NCBI RefSeq assembly: GCF_964204645.1
Contig: NC_134033.1
Coordinates: forward strand, 3,806,231 to 3,870,230
Origin: Tubulanus polymorphus
Taxonomy: Eukaryota > Animalia > Nemertea
DNA: 64,000 nt
Direction of reading: 5' to 3'
Every line of letters begins with the position of its first letter. The first letter of the stretch is position 1. Positions 41,801 through 52,771 of the stretch are shown piece after piece. Below the pieces are notes generated by a model, which was not told the DNA's origin, did no database searches, and was given only the letters and a program-made list of their open reading frames with translations. A program made the position numbers and the translations under genes.

Positions 41801-43027
41801 TATTATGTAAATATTTAACTTGAAATAAACGTGACAATTTCTCAGGGTCATCGCTGAGAAAAGAGCCCAGAAGACTAGGCCACAGAGTACGTGTCTTCAC
41901 CCCCAGCACACAACAGAGTGACCCGATTCAGGTATGACCTGTATGTTCTACTTCAGTGAAAAGAACAAGACCCCCTAGTCACAGAAGATTGAACCTGAAG
42001 TTGAATGATGAGTGACTGAAGAATTCCGGTGTGACCTGTATAACATGTCTCTCTATTTCAGTATCCACCTCCTTACCCCCAAACCCTAGCCTGAATGGGT
42101 AGACCGAAAATATAGGTTAGGTTAGAATAGTTAGTTGATAGATCTGGGAATTAGAACATAATTTCAGCTGTTGATATAAAAAAACAGTTGTAATTTCAAG
42201 TGGAACTTTTTAACAGGAAAAGTTGCATTTATTTAAAATTAAACTTGATTTAAAATGGTTGACAGTTTGTGAGTTAAGTGTGATTTGAGTAAGATGAAGA
42301 GTTGAAGAGTTGAACTCTACTTCTTATAAAATACAAATGACATTTACTTACGTACAACTGGTTTCAGGTTCAGACAGCCGGTTTCGGTCGGGTCCTATTC
42401 CTGTGGAACCTAGATTTCTGGTTTTTTTATGGTTGAATTATTTTATTGATATTTGAGCTGATTTCGGGCGCGCGCTGTTTGTTTTGCTGTCGATATTTCT
42501 CGGGTATATTTATAGAAGATGCGGTTTTTTGATTGAAGATTCAAATCACTCGTTTCATGTTATTTCGAGGTCTCCTCTCAATTATATATAATCTCGTAAC
42601 AGAAACGGTTGTTTTTCGTACCAGTGAACATCAGTGTTTTATTGCGAACATAGAAATTCATAATGTAAAACAGAATTAGATTCAACAATTTATTACAATT
42701 ATTCTTTCTACATGTAGATTATATTGGCTACGAACTTTTAAAGTCATCATTTTGAAGCCATTTCGTGCCGTCAAATTTTTTACATGGCGACTAAAATAGC
42801 GGTTTATACATAAACCACTATTTGAAAGAGGTTTTGAAACTACTGGGACTTAATTCGTGCGACCTAACGATTTCGCTACTTGTATCGAAGCGATTTATGC
42901 GAGGTTGACTACGTATTATCTGGACACACACAGGATGCCGCACGCGGTTAGCTGGAATCTGTAACTGGTGATTAGTTCCATACATAGAACAGTTCTTATG
43001 TTACGTGTAGCATATTTTCTCCACGAC

Positions 43028-43556
43028 ATGTTCGCTAAATTCATCCCGTTTATTTGTCTGATAGTCAGCGTCGCGTCCGAGTTTCAAGAGTTCTATACGA
43101 TGACGGTCGACGCGTCTGCAAAACCGTACAAGTCGACAGTCGGGTCGCGCGGTGAATGCGCGCTGCGCTGTTTGGGCGAAAGGTCGAATTGTCGGGGTTT
43201 CGACGTCGATCCGACGAAATCTCACGGCGTCGACGAATGTTACCTGTTCAACAACGAGCTGGTGAAATACATTGCATCGGGAAAAACGAAAATTGTCCTG
43301 TACAAACACGATAAAGGTATTTTTCTCGAGAACTTACAACGTATTTTTAATTAATAAGTGAATAAATGATTCGAGCTGTAAAGAGAAGCTCTAGAATATT
43401 GGCATAAATCATGTTAATCGGGCTATTTGAAATCGTCTTTTTGAGAATATCGGATATGTATATATATTATATATTCCTCTGTTTGTAGAACACGGATCTT
43501 GAAGATTTGGATTTTTCGTCGCGAATGGAATTTGCTATCACGTATTCCGATGGAAC
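43028..43556 (+). pseudogene. Secreted PAN/apple-domain plus C-type-lectin-like gene, disrupted
   Basis: Exon 43028-43316 encodes a signal peptide (MFAKFIPFICLIVSVAS) and a PAN pattern (SRGECALRC..CRGFD..CYL). Phase-1 intron to 43489. The next exon reads EHGS*RFGFFVANGICYHVFRWN, a CTL-like start with TGA at 43500-43502 where Cys is expected, and is cut off at 43557. Confidence 0.6.
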
Positions 43557-43559
43557 AGT

Positions 43560-43970
43560 AGTAATAGGGGTAATAGGCTTTCAAGCCAAAGGTCGAACGG
43601 TCGAGCTCTTAAAAAAACAAAACATTAAAAGTAATTTAAAACTATAATATATTTTCATAACCGTGTGTATTTTATATTATAACTAAATATTTATTCTAAG
43701 ATATTAATAATTTAAATTTTAAAATCATATTGTATAAAATCAATTGGTCGCTCCACTTCGCTACCGCTCCGCTCCACGACCAATTGATTTATTTACAATA
43801 CACAAATTCATATAATCAAATTTATTCAAATAATAATAATTATTCTATTATTCAACTGAAATACACACGGTTATGAAAATATATTATGGTTTTAAATTAC
43901 TTTTAATGTTTTGTTTTTAATGAACTCGACCATTCAACCTTTAACCTGAAAGCTTATTACCCCTATTACT
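43560..43970. repeat. ~410-bp imperfect palindrome at the element end
   Basis: 43560-43673 is inverted at 43858-43970. The inner hairpin AAATCAATTGGTCG...CGACCAATTGATTT (43737-43790) shares the same centre (~43765). Confidence 0.85.
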
Positions 43971-44060
43971 CTTGAAATATTCATGTAAATAAATAACATT
44001 TAAATTGACAGATTATTCAATATAAAAGTGTAAGCTCTTATAGAATAGATATATAAATAG

Positions 44061-44675
44061 TTATTTTATAAATTTATATTCATATGGAAATTGTAGTCTC
44101 AGTAATAATTTTGAACCTTTATTATTCTTTAATTTATTCATATATTCATCATGTAATTCAGTGGGTATAATTTGATTTTCTTCCAATGATTGTTGCAAAG
44201 ATTTTTTATCTTTGTTATAAAATAAAACTAGAAATCTTATATTCCCCCTGAAGTCTTTAACAATTGAATTATATTTTTGATTTAAAACCCAAGTTGTTAT
44301 CCCACAATGTCTACCAGAGAAAGCTAAATAACATAACTCACTTTCTCTCACTTTTGAATCATGTAAATTTGCGCAATCATCTACAATGAATAATGTCTTT
44401 GATCCTTTATAAGTATCAATTGCTATTTTAATACAATTATCTAAATTTTCTTTTACTGTTTTAGGATTTAATATAATAAACTTTTTTATCTTAACTATAT
44501 CTCTATTATATGTTTTATTCATTTCATAAGTAGGACAAAATAATATTATATTATCAAAATGATTCTTATAAATCATAGTTTCTAACAAATCTAATATGAA
44601 ATGTGTTTTACCACAGTTTGTTACTCCAGTAACTAACATATTATGCGGTTCAAATATAAATAAATCTTTATTCAT
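44061..44675 (-). CDS. A32/FtsK-HerA-like DNA packaging ATPase (Polinton)
   Basis: Walker A GVTNCGKT, Walker B LFIVDD, SGRH arginine-finger motif, LNQKY. Confidence 0.88.
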   Translation of the reverse strand: MNKDLFIFEPHNMLVTGVTNCGKTHFILDLLETMIYKNHFDNIILFCPTYEMNKTYNRDIVKIKKFIILNPKTVKENLDNCIKIAIDTYKGSKTLFIVDDCANLHDSKVRESELCYLAFSGRHCGITTWVLNQKYNSIVKDFRGNIRFLVLFYNKDKKSLQQSLEENQIIPTELHDEYMNKLKNNKGSKLLLRLQFPYEYKFIK

Positions 44676-44682
44676 TTATTCT

Positions 44683-45764
44683 TTAAATTTTACTAGATAA
44701 AATCCATTCATTAAATTTATCATCGTATCCTTTATATTTCACCAAAGAATACTTTTTTCCTTTAAGAGTTTTTGTTTTCAATACTTTTTCTATTTTGTAT
44801 TCTATTTCATCTGGGTTTGGTACAAGTGATAATTCTTGTTCATAGAAATAACCTAATATTTCTTCATCTTTTAGATCTTCTAGTTTATAAACAAAAGGTT
44901 TAGTTAATATTATCTTTTTAATCTTAAATATTTCTTCTGTAAAATTTGGGGTATAACCTTTATAAAAGGTTTTTCTATATTTAGATATTCTTACGTGTTG
45001 TCCTATTTTGAATTTAGGTTCACCGAAATCGTGTGTAACAAATGCTCCATATAAATTATTCCAAACTATTTCCGAATTATCTTCTTTTCTAGCTTGTATA
45101 GGTTTCATATTTATAGAACTATGTTTAGAATTATTATAACCTTTCACTAAATCATCTAATACATCGATATATTTATATGTTTCATTAGCAGTAAAATATT
45201 TCCACATTCTAGTTTTCAATGTTTTATTAACTCTTTCTTAAATCTTTCTATAATAGATGCTTTTTTATCTGAGTGTGTTGAGAAATAAACTACATCGTTA
45301 TCAGATAATAGTTTTTTAAAATGTTTGTTATAAAATTCCTTACCTTCATCAAATTGTATCTTATCTGGAATAGCTTCTTTAAATATAGATTTAAAAGCAT
45401 TTGTTACTTCTATTCCAGTTTTATTTTTGATTGGAATTGACCATGCGTATCTACTGAATATGTCTATAACATTCAATATCCAGAAATATCCTTTGTTGTA
45501 TTCCTCTAAGTTCTTCATATCAATTAAATCTGCTTGCCATTGTTGATCGATATATGAAACCATAACTTTTCTTGTTAAATAAGTTTTATCCATTTTCTTG
45601 TGAATTTGATATGTTGGTTGATTTTGTAACCATGATTTTAATTCACTATATTTTATATCACCATTATCAGATTTAATTTTATCCCATAATTCTGAAACGT
45701 TAGAATAAGATACTTCACTTTCTGGGTTATAATATAAATCTCTTAAATATTGTTCTTTTTTCAT
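44683..45764 (-). pseudogene. Polinton DDE integrase with C-terminal chromodomain, frameshifted
   Basis: The N-part has WQADLIDM, IDIFSRYAW, QFDEGKEF and IIERF. The C-part has YNNSKHSSI, KFKIGQHVRISK and the chromo motif YKIEKVLK..LVKYKGYDDKFNEWI. An 11-bp imperfect duplication (GAAAGATTTAA/GAAAGAGTTAA, ~45227-45248) splits the frame. Confidence 0.88.
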
Positions 45765-45773
45765 CTTATTTTA

Positions 45774-46142
45774 TTAATCCATTAATAATAATCTTGGTTT
45801 ATTTTCAATGACTTTATCATTTGACTTATTTTCTGGTATGATAGGTTTATTGTCATTGGAATCATCTTTATCATCAGATTTGAATTTTGATTTATATATT
45901 ACACCGGATAATCTAATAACTGTTACTAATCCAATTGTAATATATAATTTATAATTACTTCCAGCATTAGAAGAATCAGATGGATTATTACTTGAATCAA
46001 TATCAGATAAAGTCTGTGATTCATTTATATCAGTTAATTTCTTTTTCTTAGCTTTTTTTAATTCTGCAGATCTTTTACCTAATTCTCTTGCCCATTTAAT
46101 TTGTTTTTCAGATCTAACCTTTTTCTTAACTCCATCACTCAT
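45774..46142 (-). CDS. Polinton small basic protein with one hydrophobic segment (hypothetical)
   Basis: 122-aa ORF with a K-rich N-terminus, YITIGLVTVIRLSGVIY and TAAATG start context. Confidence 0.55.
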   Translation of the reverse strand: MSDGVKKKVRSEKQIKWARELGKRSAELKKAKKKKLTDINESQTLSDIDSSNNPSDSSNAGSNYKLYITIGLVTVIRLSGVIYKSKFKSDDKDDSNDNKPIIPENKSNDKVIENKPRLLLMD

Positions 46143-46737
46143 TTATTTTAGTTAATTTGTGTTCTGATTCATTTTCTGTTTCGCTGTTTGGTTGTAGTAC
46201 ATCTGTTTCGTTCTTACCTGATTTATATTCCATAGGTTTGATGTTTGAAAATGTTATGACGCCAGTAGAAATTAATGTCATAACCGATCCTAATTGAAAT
46301 GAAGCATATCCAACCCATTTTTGTAATTCAGTCATAACTAAATAGTCATTTTTCAAATCACTATATAATTTATTTTCATCATCAATTGGTATTAACCGGT
46401 TTCATAACTTAGAATAACATTTGACAATGCCATCTGAAATAGAATCATTTATTCTAGCTAATCTAGCTTCTTCATAAATCTTAAAATATTTTATTACTTT
46501 ATCGGGTTTCATAGCATCTAGTTCTTGATAAGTTAAAATTTTTCCTAAGAAATCCTTAGATTTCCCGCCAGCAATTAATAATTGAAGATGATGCTTACAA
46601 TATAAATAGTATTCATAATCAATATTGTTATTAACTTGAATAGAATTAGAAACAACTGGATCCTTATTATCACTAATACCCAAATCATCTAATGTTTTTT
46701 TAATATCAAGTCTATTCTTACTCGATTTCTTTGACAT
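46135..46737 (-). pseudogene. Polinton hypothetical protein split by an in-frame TGA
   Basis: ORFs 46402-46737 and 46135-46356 are in the same frame and read through as CYSKL*NRLIPIDDENKLYSDLKNDYL. Confidence 0.6.
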
Positions 46738-47959
46738 TTATATTAGAGAAATTTAATAAGAAAAATAATATAAGTATTCTGATACTAGATAGTTAAAGTT
46801 AAAGAATTCTAGTATTGACTACTGATACTAGCTATTTGAATTTAAAGAATTTCTATTTGAATCTATTCAAAATATAAAGTATTCTCTTTTGAAAAGAAAG
46901 TATTAAAAATATAATAGAATTCACTAGCTAGTTGAAGTTATTGTTTTTTTAAATACTTTTTATTTAAATTAGGATTTAGATTATCTCACTACTATTGTTT
47001 ATCTATAGGAGCAGTAATTATAACTGTCCAGATAAGTCATTTCGGATTCTCGATAATAAATCCTAAAACTAAAAATAAATTCAAAGAAACGACTGGTGGA
47101 AATACTATTTCATAAACACATATATTTTATTCTACAATCATTATCGATTTCCACATTCCACGGTAAGGTATGCGCGGAATGCGGAAATCAATAAAGTTTA
47201 ATATAACATCTGTCACTGTGTGTGACATTAACAACAGCTTAATGACGCAATTGAAATGCCGGCAAACGTAATGCATTGAAAGCATATACAGTATGACTAA
47301 ACTGCTACAGTCTCATGAGTTGAAATAACCATAATTTCTGATTCCGCATCCATCTATCTTCACTTTCTTGATTCATTGGTCTTCATTTTGTTATCTAAAA
47401 GATAAATATCTAACGTAGAATAAAACTAACTTGGAGTTGTAGTTGTAAAATATTAATTACAGCACTTAAACATGACCATTTGTGGCGCATCTTACCAGGA
47501 TAAGTTTTACATGTTTACATATTTACATGTTTACATATTTCGTTTCCCGAAGTCATAATAACAACAAAAACAGTACTTACATTTATAACTGTAAACTCCT
47601 AAAATTGTGTTTATAGAGAGAATATCCTATGCGTTCCTATGCTTATGTGCCGCGCCCTTATAACTGCCAGTTATTCACTAGCTAACACTGTCTGAGCAAC
47701 ATATGTTTCTTCCTTTGTGATGTAATTGATTAATCCCTTTCAACTGAAATAGCACATCAATATTCAAATGAGATACACCCCATTCAACTGAAGATAACGT
47801 GCGACGGATGCTTTTGTAAACAACCTAATACAATTACATATAGGCGGTTTGACATAGATCGAGAGTAACCCGTTTTCTAAGCGCTCAAGCTTCAACGTCT
47901 TTTTCATTATGTGTTGAGTTCCATAATTCAACAAATGTCTTTGCTTTATCCAGTTGATC

Positions 47960-48538
47960 TTAATATAACTGTAAATCTAGTTTGTTAGATTTAATTATGT
48001 TTTCCTTCTTTTCTAAAGGTCTTAGATTCTTCCAATTCCAAATAAGTTTTTTATTGTATTCATCATTCATGTTAAATTTAGATATTGGTAACACATGATC
48101 AATATGAAAGTATTCACCATAATTATCTATATTCATTTTATCATCGAATTGATATATTATCCAAGATATGAAAAATTCATCTGTATTACCCAATAAATTA
48201 GATAGTGTTTCTGAATGTGTTTCTTTGTTGAATAATTGTGTTAATCTAGATCTTAAGCATTGTTTCAATCTAAAATTAAGATCTGTTTGATATCTTTCTC
48301 TCATATATTCTGTCATATAATCATTATAAGCTTCTCTATTATCTTCTCTGTATTGTTTGGTATATAGTTTAGTACAAGTTTTACAGCAATATTGAAAACC
48401 ATCTTTGCTAATCTTACGCTTATTAAATTCTGTTATAGCTAATTTATCTAATTCACATTTAGAACACTTCTTGTAATATATATTTATAACACCAGTGTTA
48501 TTTGTAATATTGATAATTTGTGGTTGTTCTGGTTCCAT
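47960..48538 (-). CDS. HNH-family endonuclease with N-terminal CxxC zinc-binding module (large-DNA-virus/phage type)
   Basis: KKCSKC..KDGFQYCCKTC, NFRLKQCLRSRL, DNYGEYFHIDHVLPIS..WNWKNLRPL..NIIKSNK. Confidence 0.75.
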   Translation of the reverse strand: MEPEQPQIINITNNTGVINIYYKKCSKCELDKLAITEFNKRKISKDGFQYCCKTCTKLYTKQYREDNREAYNDYMTEYMRERYQTDLNFRLKQCLRSRLTQLFNKETHSETLSNLLGNTDEFFISWIIYQFDDKMNIDNYGEYFHIDHVLPISKFNMNDEYNKKLIWNWKNLRPLEKKENIIKSNKLDLQLY

Positions 48539-48703
48539 TTATTATACATATTTTTTTACTAAATTGATTTTAGAAGTTATTCATTTATATGTTATTCATG
48601 AATATACATGAATTATTTCAATAAAACTTTACTAACACTTTTAATGTTTAAAAATCTAACTCATACAAATATAAATATTGAAATATGTTTAAAATATACC
48701 TAT

Positions 48704-49035
48704 GTATTAGATACCCTATTAGATACCCTAATACCTGATACCCTATTAGATACCCTATTAGATACCTTAAATACTTAAAACCCCCTTTTTAAAAATAAAT
48801 ATTATTTATACAATTTTCAACCAATTTATTTTTATTATTTCAACTAATATATGAATAAGTTTGAAAATAATAAAGGTTATTTATTATTACTGAGGTTTTA
48901 ATTTCCATATGAATATCAGTTTATAAAATAAGATATTTTATGTATTAGATTGTATTAGATATGTATTAGATACCTTAAATACCTTAAATACTTAAAACCC
49001 CCTTTTTATTTACTATTATTTTATACAATTTTCAA
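48704..49035. repeat. Intergenic TATTAGATACCC iterations within a duplicated ~100-bp block
   Basis: Arrays at 48704-48770 and 48942-48990, each followed by AAATACTTAAAACCCCCTTTT...TATACAATTTTCAA. Confidence 0.8.
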
Positions 49036-49071
49036 ACAATATTATTATTTGTGTTAAATATAATTAATATT

Positions 49072-49929
49072 TTAATCACTTTCACTATCAGACCCTAACA
49101 ATTTATTCAAATTCTCTACCGAATTTTCTTTCTCAAATTCTTTATTATTTTTATACTTATTCTTCATCCTTTTTACCGCATCATCAATAGTTTCTTCTTT
49201 ATGTTTCATAGAATCTTTATTATCAATATCTGTAACTATATTATCACCATGTGGGTGCTGTATGGCACCATTTTCATTATTATCTTTATTAGTGTTTGCT
49301 CCTAATATTTCATTTACAGTGTTTGGTTTTAATATTTCATTAGCATCGGTTAGATCTAATTCATCTTTATTAGGTGTTGCTAATAATAAATCTTCATATA
49401 TTTTTTCACCATTTACTTTTTGATTTGAAACAAACTTTGTAACATATCTAAATGGGTGTTCTATAAATTCTTTTAAACCAACACGTTCTATAACATTATT
49501 TATATGTACCCTTGTATTCATATGTTTATTCCAATTTGATGTAGCGTTTGAAAATTCACTTTTACAATATCCACAATAATTTCTATTTTCACTAACATTT
49601 AATATTATTTCATTATTAGATGTAGAAGGTATTACATTATTAGATGTAGAAGGTATTACATTATTAGATGTAGAAGGTATTGCATTATTAGATGTAGAAG
49701 GTATTACATTATTAGATGTAGGAGGTGTTACATTATTATCAATTACATTACTTAAATTATCAACAACTTCACTTTTATTATTATCTATTTCTATTAGTTT
49801 AGTTTTATAATTATTGAAAATAGGATCAAATATCAAAGCTATATTACAAGGTATTACATAATATAAACCATCATTATTTTCATGTGTATCGATGTATGGA
49901 ATATGTTTATACACTTTACCTCCTTCCAT
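49072..49929 (-). CDS. Polinton hypothetical protein with C2H2 zinc finger and NNVIPSTS repeats
   Basis: YCGYCKSEFSNATSNWNKHMNTRVH; five 24-bp tandem repeats at ~49611-49738. Confidence 0.65.
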   Translation of the reverse strand: MEGGKVYKHIPYIDTHENNDGLYYVIPCNIALIFDPIFNNYKTKLIEIDNNKSEVVDNLSNVIDNNVTPPTSNNVIPSTSNNAIPSTSNNVIPSTSNNVIPSTSNNEIILNVSENRNYCGYCKSEFSNATSNWNKHMNTRVHINNVIERVGLKEFIEHPFRYVTKFVSNQKVNGEKIYEDLLLATPNKDELDLTDANEILKPNTVNEILGANTNKDNNENGAIQHPHGDNIVTDIDNKDSMKHKEETIDDAVKRMKNKYKNNKEFEKENSVENLNKLLGSDSESD

Positions 49930-49961
49930 TTATTATATAAATTTTTATTAAAGTTAAAATT

Positions 49962-50496
49962 TTAATACATAACACTATTTAATTGAGAATTTACAATATT
50001 TAATTGCGCGTCAGATATAATATAAATGTGCATTTTAAAATTTTTGATTCCTTTATTCTTTGTCATGAATAATTGTATTCCATCTTTAGTGTTTTGTAGT
50101 TTTTTCCCAGAACCATGTAATGAATTATCCTCTGTTGTTCTAAAATCTAACCATAATGCATATTTATTATCGGTATAATAATCAATTTGATTAATATTAC
50201 AATTTTCAGATGATTTCACTTTTTCATTCATAAAATGTTTTCTAATTTCTGGCCATTGATCAATCATTCTCATTCCTTGACAAAATATTTTATTTGCTAT
50301 TCCTTCGATAGTTATCTCTACTTTTGTTATTTCAGGATTATAATAATTATCAACATTTATTGCGCCATTAGTATATGTTGCAATGGTAAAAAATATTAAT
50401 ATACCTTTAATAGATCTTCTTGGGAAGTTAATATTCTCATTAATAATTTCATCATTCGCATTAATAGTTACGGTTTTAAATTTATCAATATAATCA
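49962..50496 (-). pseudogene. Major capsid protein (Polinton/adintovirus type), C-terminal part, interrupted by an LTR element
   Basis: The frame is open from the LTR junction: DYIDKFKTVTINANDEIINENINFPRRSIKGILIFF..NPEITKVEITIEG..YALWLDFRTTEDNSLHGSGKKLQNTKDGIQL..HIYIISDAQLNI. The family assignment is by recalled resemblance and context, not by a search. Confidence 0.7.
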
Positions 50497-50829
50497 TGTT
50501 AGGCATAAGCCGTATTTACTATATATTTGTTAAGCTTCTTATAGTCTTAGTATTATAGTCATGGAGATGGTCAAACAGATTATGCGCGATTAGCATGATC
50601 AGGCAGTCGTTGACCAACTCCATGACTACACAGTATTTGTTTATACTTTCATTGAAATGTATAAAATGGATTTGTAATATGGTTTCGGGGTCACTCTCGA
50701 TCTGACTCTCGATTCGACACTTTCACTCTCGTCAATAAACTGGAATCATCATCATACTCGTAAACTAACGTGTCTCTTTGCGGATCGATCTTGGTTGTTT
50801 GGAGGATTCAGGAATCTTAAAGTTTTACA
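50497..50829 (+). repeat. 5' LTR of the outer Gypsy element
   Basis: TGTTAGGCATAAG...GTTTTACA, containing AATAAA; repeated at 63890. Confidence 0.9.
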
Positions 50830-51097
50830 CTGGTGGAGAACCCTACTTCGCAAAGGTACGACAATAAGTTTCATCTCTATTTTCATTCGGGTTTATTCCA
50901 TAAGTTAAGTCGAAGCTGACCCAGCCAAGTGCTGTAAAAATTGTTGATAATTTTCTTTTGCGGGTTCTTATCTTGCATTTTCTTTTGCTATTTTGCTGTT
51001 TTCAACCTGGTTTTGTTATTTCATTTATTGCTTTGCTCTACCATTTCCCCGTTGCATTATATTTTCCCCGTTGCATTTTATTGTCATTTAATACATT

Positions 51098-52771
51098 ATG
51101 AGTACCCAAGCCAAATCTGGTAAATCATCTACCACTAATGCTACTGCAAAAACCAGGTCTGGGTTTCAACTGCCTGAGCGTAGAACTACTCGGTCTAGCG
51201 ATCAGCCACCGACCCCAGTGGATTTAACACCATCTAGGCCGCAATTCGATACGCCGATTGGTACATCGCAACAGTTGGAAACTTCTCCAACAGTTTCGCG
51301 TGCACTTCCTATGGACAGAACCCTAGAGAATCAGGAAGACAACGATTATGTTGCAATTGTTCCTGAAAGCAATGACGACCGTTCTGAAATTAATGCTGCG
51401 TTAAACGTTGAACTGATTAATACTATTTCCGATTTTCAAAATTCTATGGAATCAAAATTTCAGGACGTTCTTAATTCTATTGAATGTCATTCAAAAGACA
51501 TCAGTAACATCTATGACCAACTACATGAATTTAATCAGTTTAGGCTTGCCACCGAAAGTACACTGTCGAAATTATCTACGCATAACGAAACCATGAACGT
51601 GATATCAGAACAGTTAAAGTCCTTAGGACAAGAAATGGCTTTGATTAAATCTGTAGTTTTTCAAAATTCACCATCGCAGGCCCCTTTGCATATATCTTCT
51701 GACGCTCGTCTTACGGACCCCGTTGCCGAAAATCGAGCCTCTGATAATGTCACCGATACCCATAGTTCGTCTCATTTTCATTCACCATCTCATTCACTTA
51801 GATATCCTGAAGCACCACATCAATCTTTTAATGCACTCGCACATCCACCCCGTTCACAGACACCTCAGTCGCAAGTAAGTCAAGCAAGCGAATTTGAGCG
51901 GGCTGTGCGCCAAATGGCGTTTAGTAACGTAGTTTCCGAAGTTCCCACATTTGAGGGGGATACCAAATTATCAGTTAAGAAATTTTTCATGTATTGGGAA
52001 GACCACTGCGAGAATTTTGGTGTTCCAATTCAAGAGCGTCTGACACTGTTGTCAAGTCGCCTTAAAGGAGAAGCGAAAAGTTTTTATTTTAAATTGAAAG
52101 ATTCGGAGACAATCAAGGGTCAGTGGACTTACCAAAACGTGAAAACAAGATTTCTCACTCATTTCCATGATGAGCGTGACGATTGTTTGTCGGGGGTTGA
52201 TGTCCTAAAAAGAACGCAAAAGCCGGGAGAATCCGTCGATTCTTAACTAAAAGATTTGAAACGGTTGGCCCAAGATGCAAATTTTCCGGACCATGTAATC
52301 CGTGTTAGTTTTATAAACGGTCTTGAGAGTTGCATACAGGAGCACGTTATGGCTGCAAACCCAAAAACTCTTTCAGAAGCTATACGGTTAGCTCGAAATA
52401 AAGACAAAAGTCTTATACATCAGGCAGAAAGCGAACGCTCTTGGTCTTCGCACCAACATCCACCAATTGCTGTTGTTTCAAAACGAAATGCACCACTAAC
52501 AATTCCCAACAACAACAGTAACAACACTAACACTTCTACGGAAAATCAGCAGATAATCGAGTTACTTAAATCAGTAACATCAAAACTCGATAACATACAA
52601 ACTAACAAATCCGGTGTCAAATGTTACAATTGCCAAAAGTATGGTCATAATCAATCAAAATGCACTAATGAACCATATTGTAATCACTGTCGTTCTCGGG
52701 GACACTGCTGGGATAAATGCACCGTAAGGCCTCGTGTAAATAGTCAAAACACTCAAGATTCGGAAAACTAA
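51098..52771 (+). pseudogene. gag: gag of the outer element with an in-frame TAA
   Basis: Capsid motifs (VPTFEG, LKGEAKSFY, QKPGESVDS*LKDL), stop at 52244-52246, two CCHC knuckles (CYNCQKYGHNQSKC, CNHCRSRGHCWDKC). GGAAAAC at 52762-52768 is a candidate -1 slip site into pol. Confidence 0.85.

Larger units (their letters stand above)
43557..50496 (-). mobile_element. Polinton/Maverick (adintovirus-like) element, one arm, decaying; remainder presumably lies beyond the window
   Basis: AGTAGT terminus, very AT-rich intronless co-oriented genes, A32-like packaging ATPase, rve integrase with chromodomain and a capsid-like ORF. No pPolB or protease is visible within the window. Confidence 0.85.

Noticed and set aside
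52244-52246. Programmed read-through in the outer gag
   Set aside because: The stop is mid-capsid at a position normally Tyr (ESVDSY), so simple nonsense decay is more likely.
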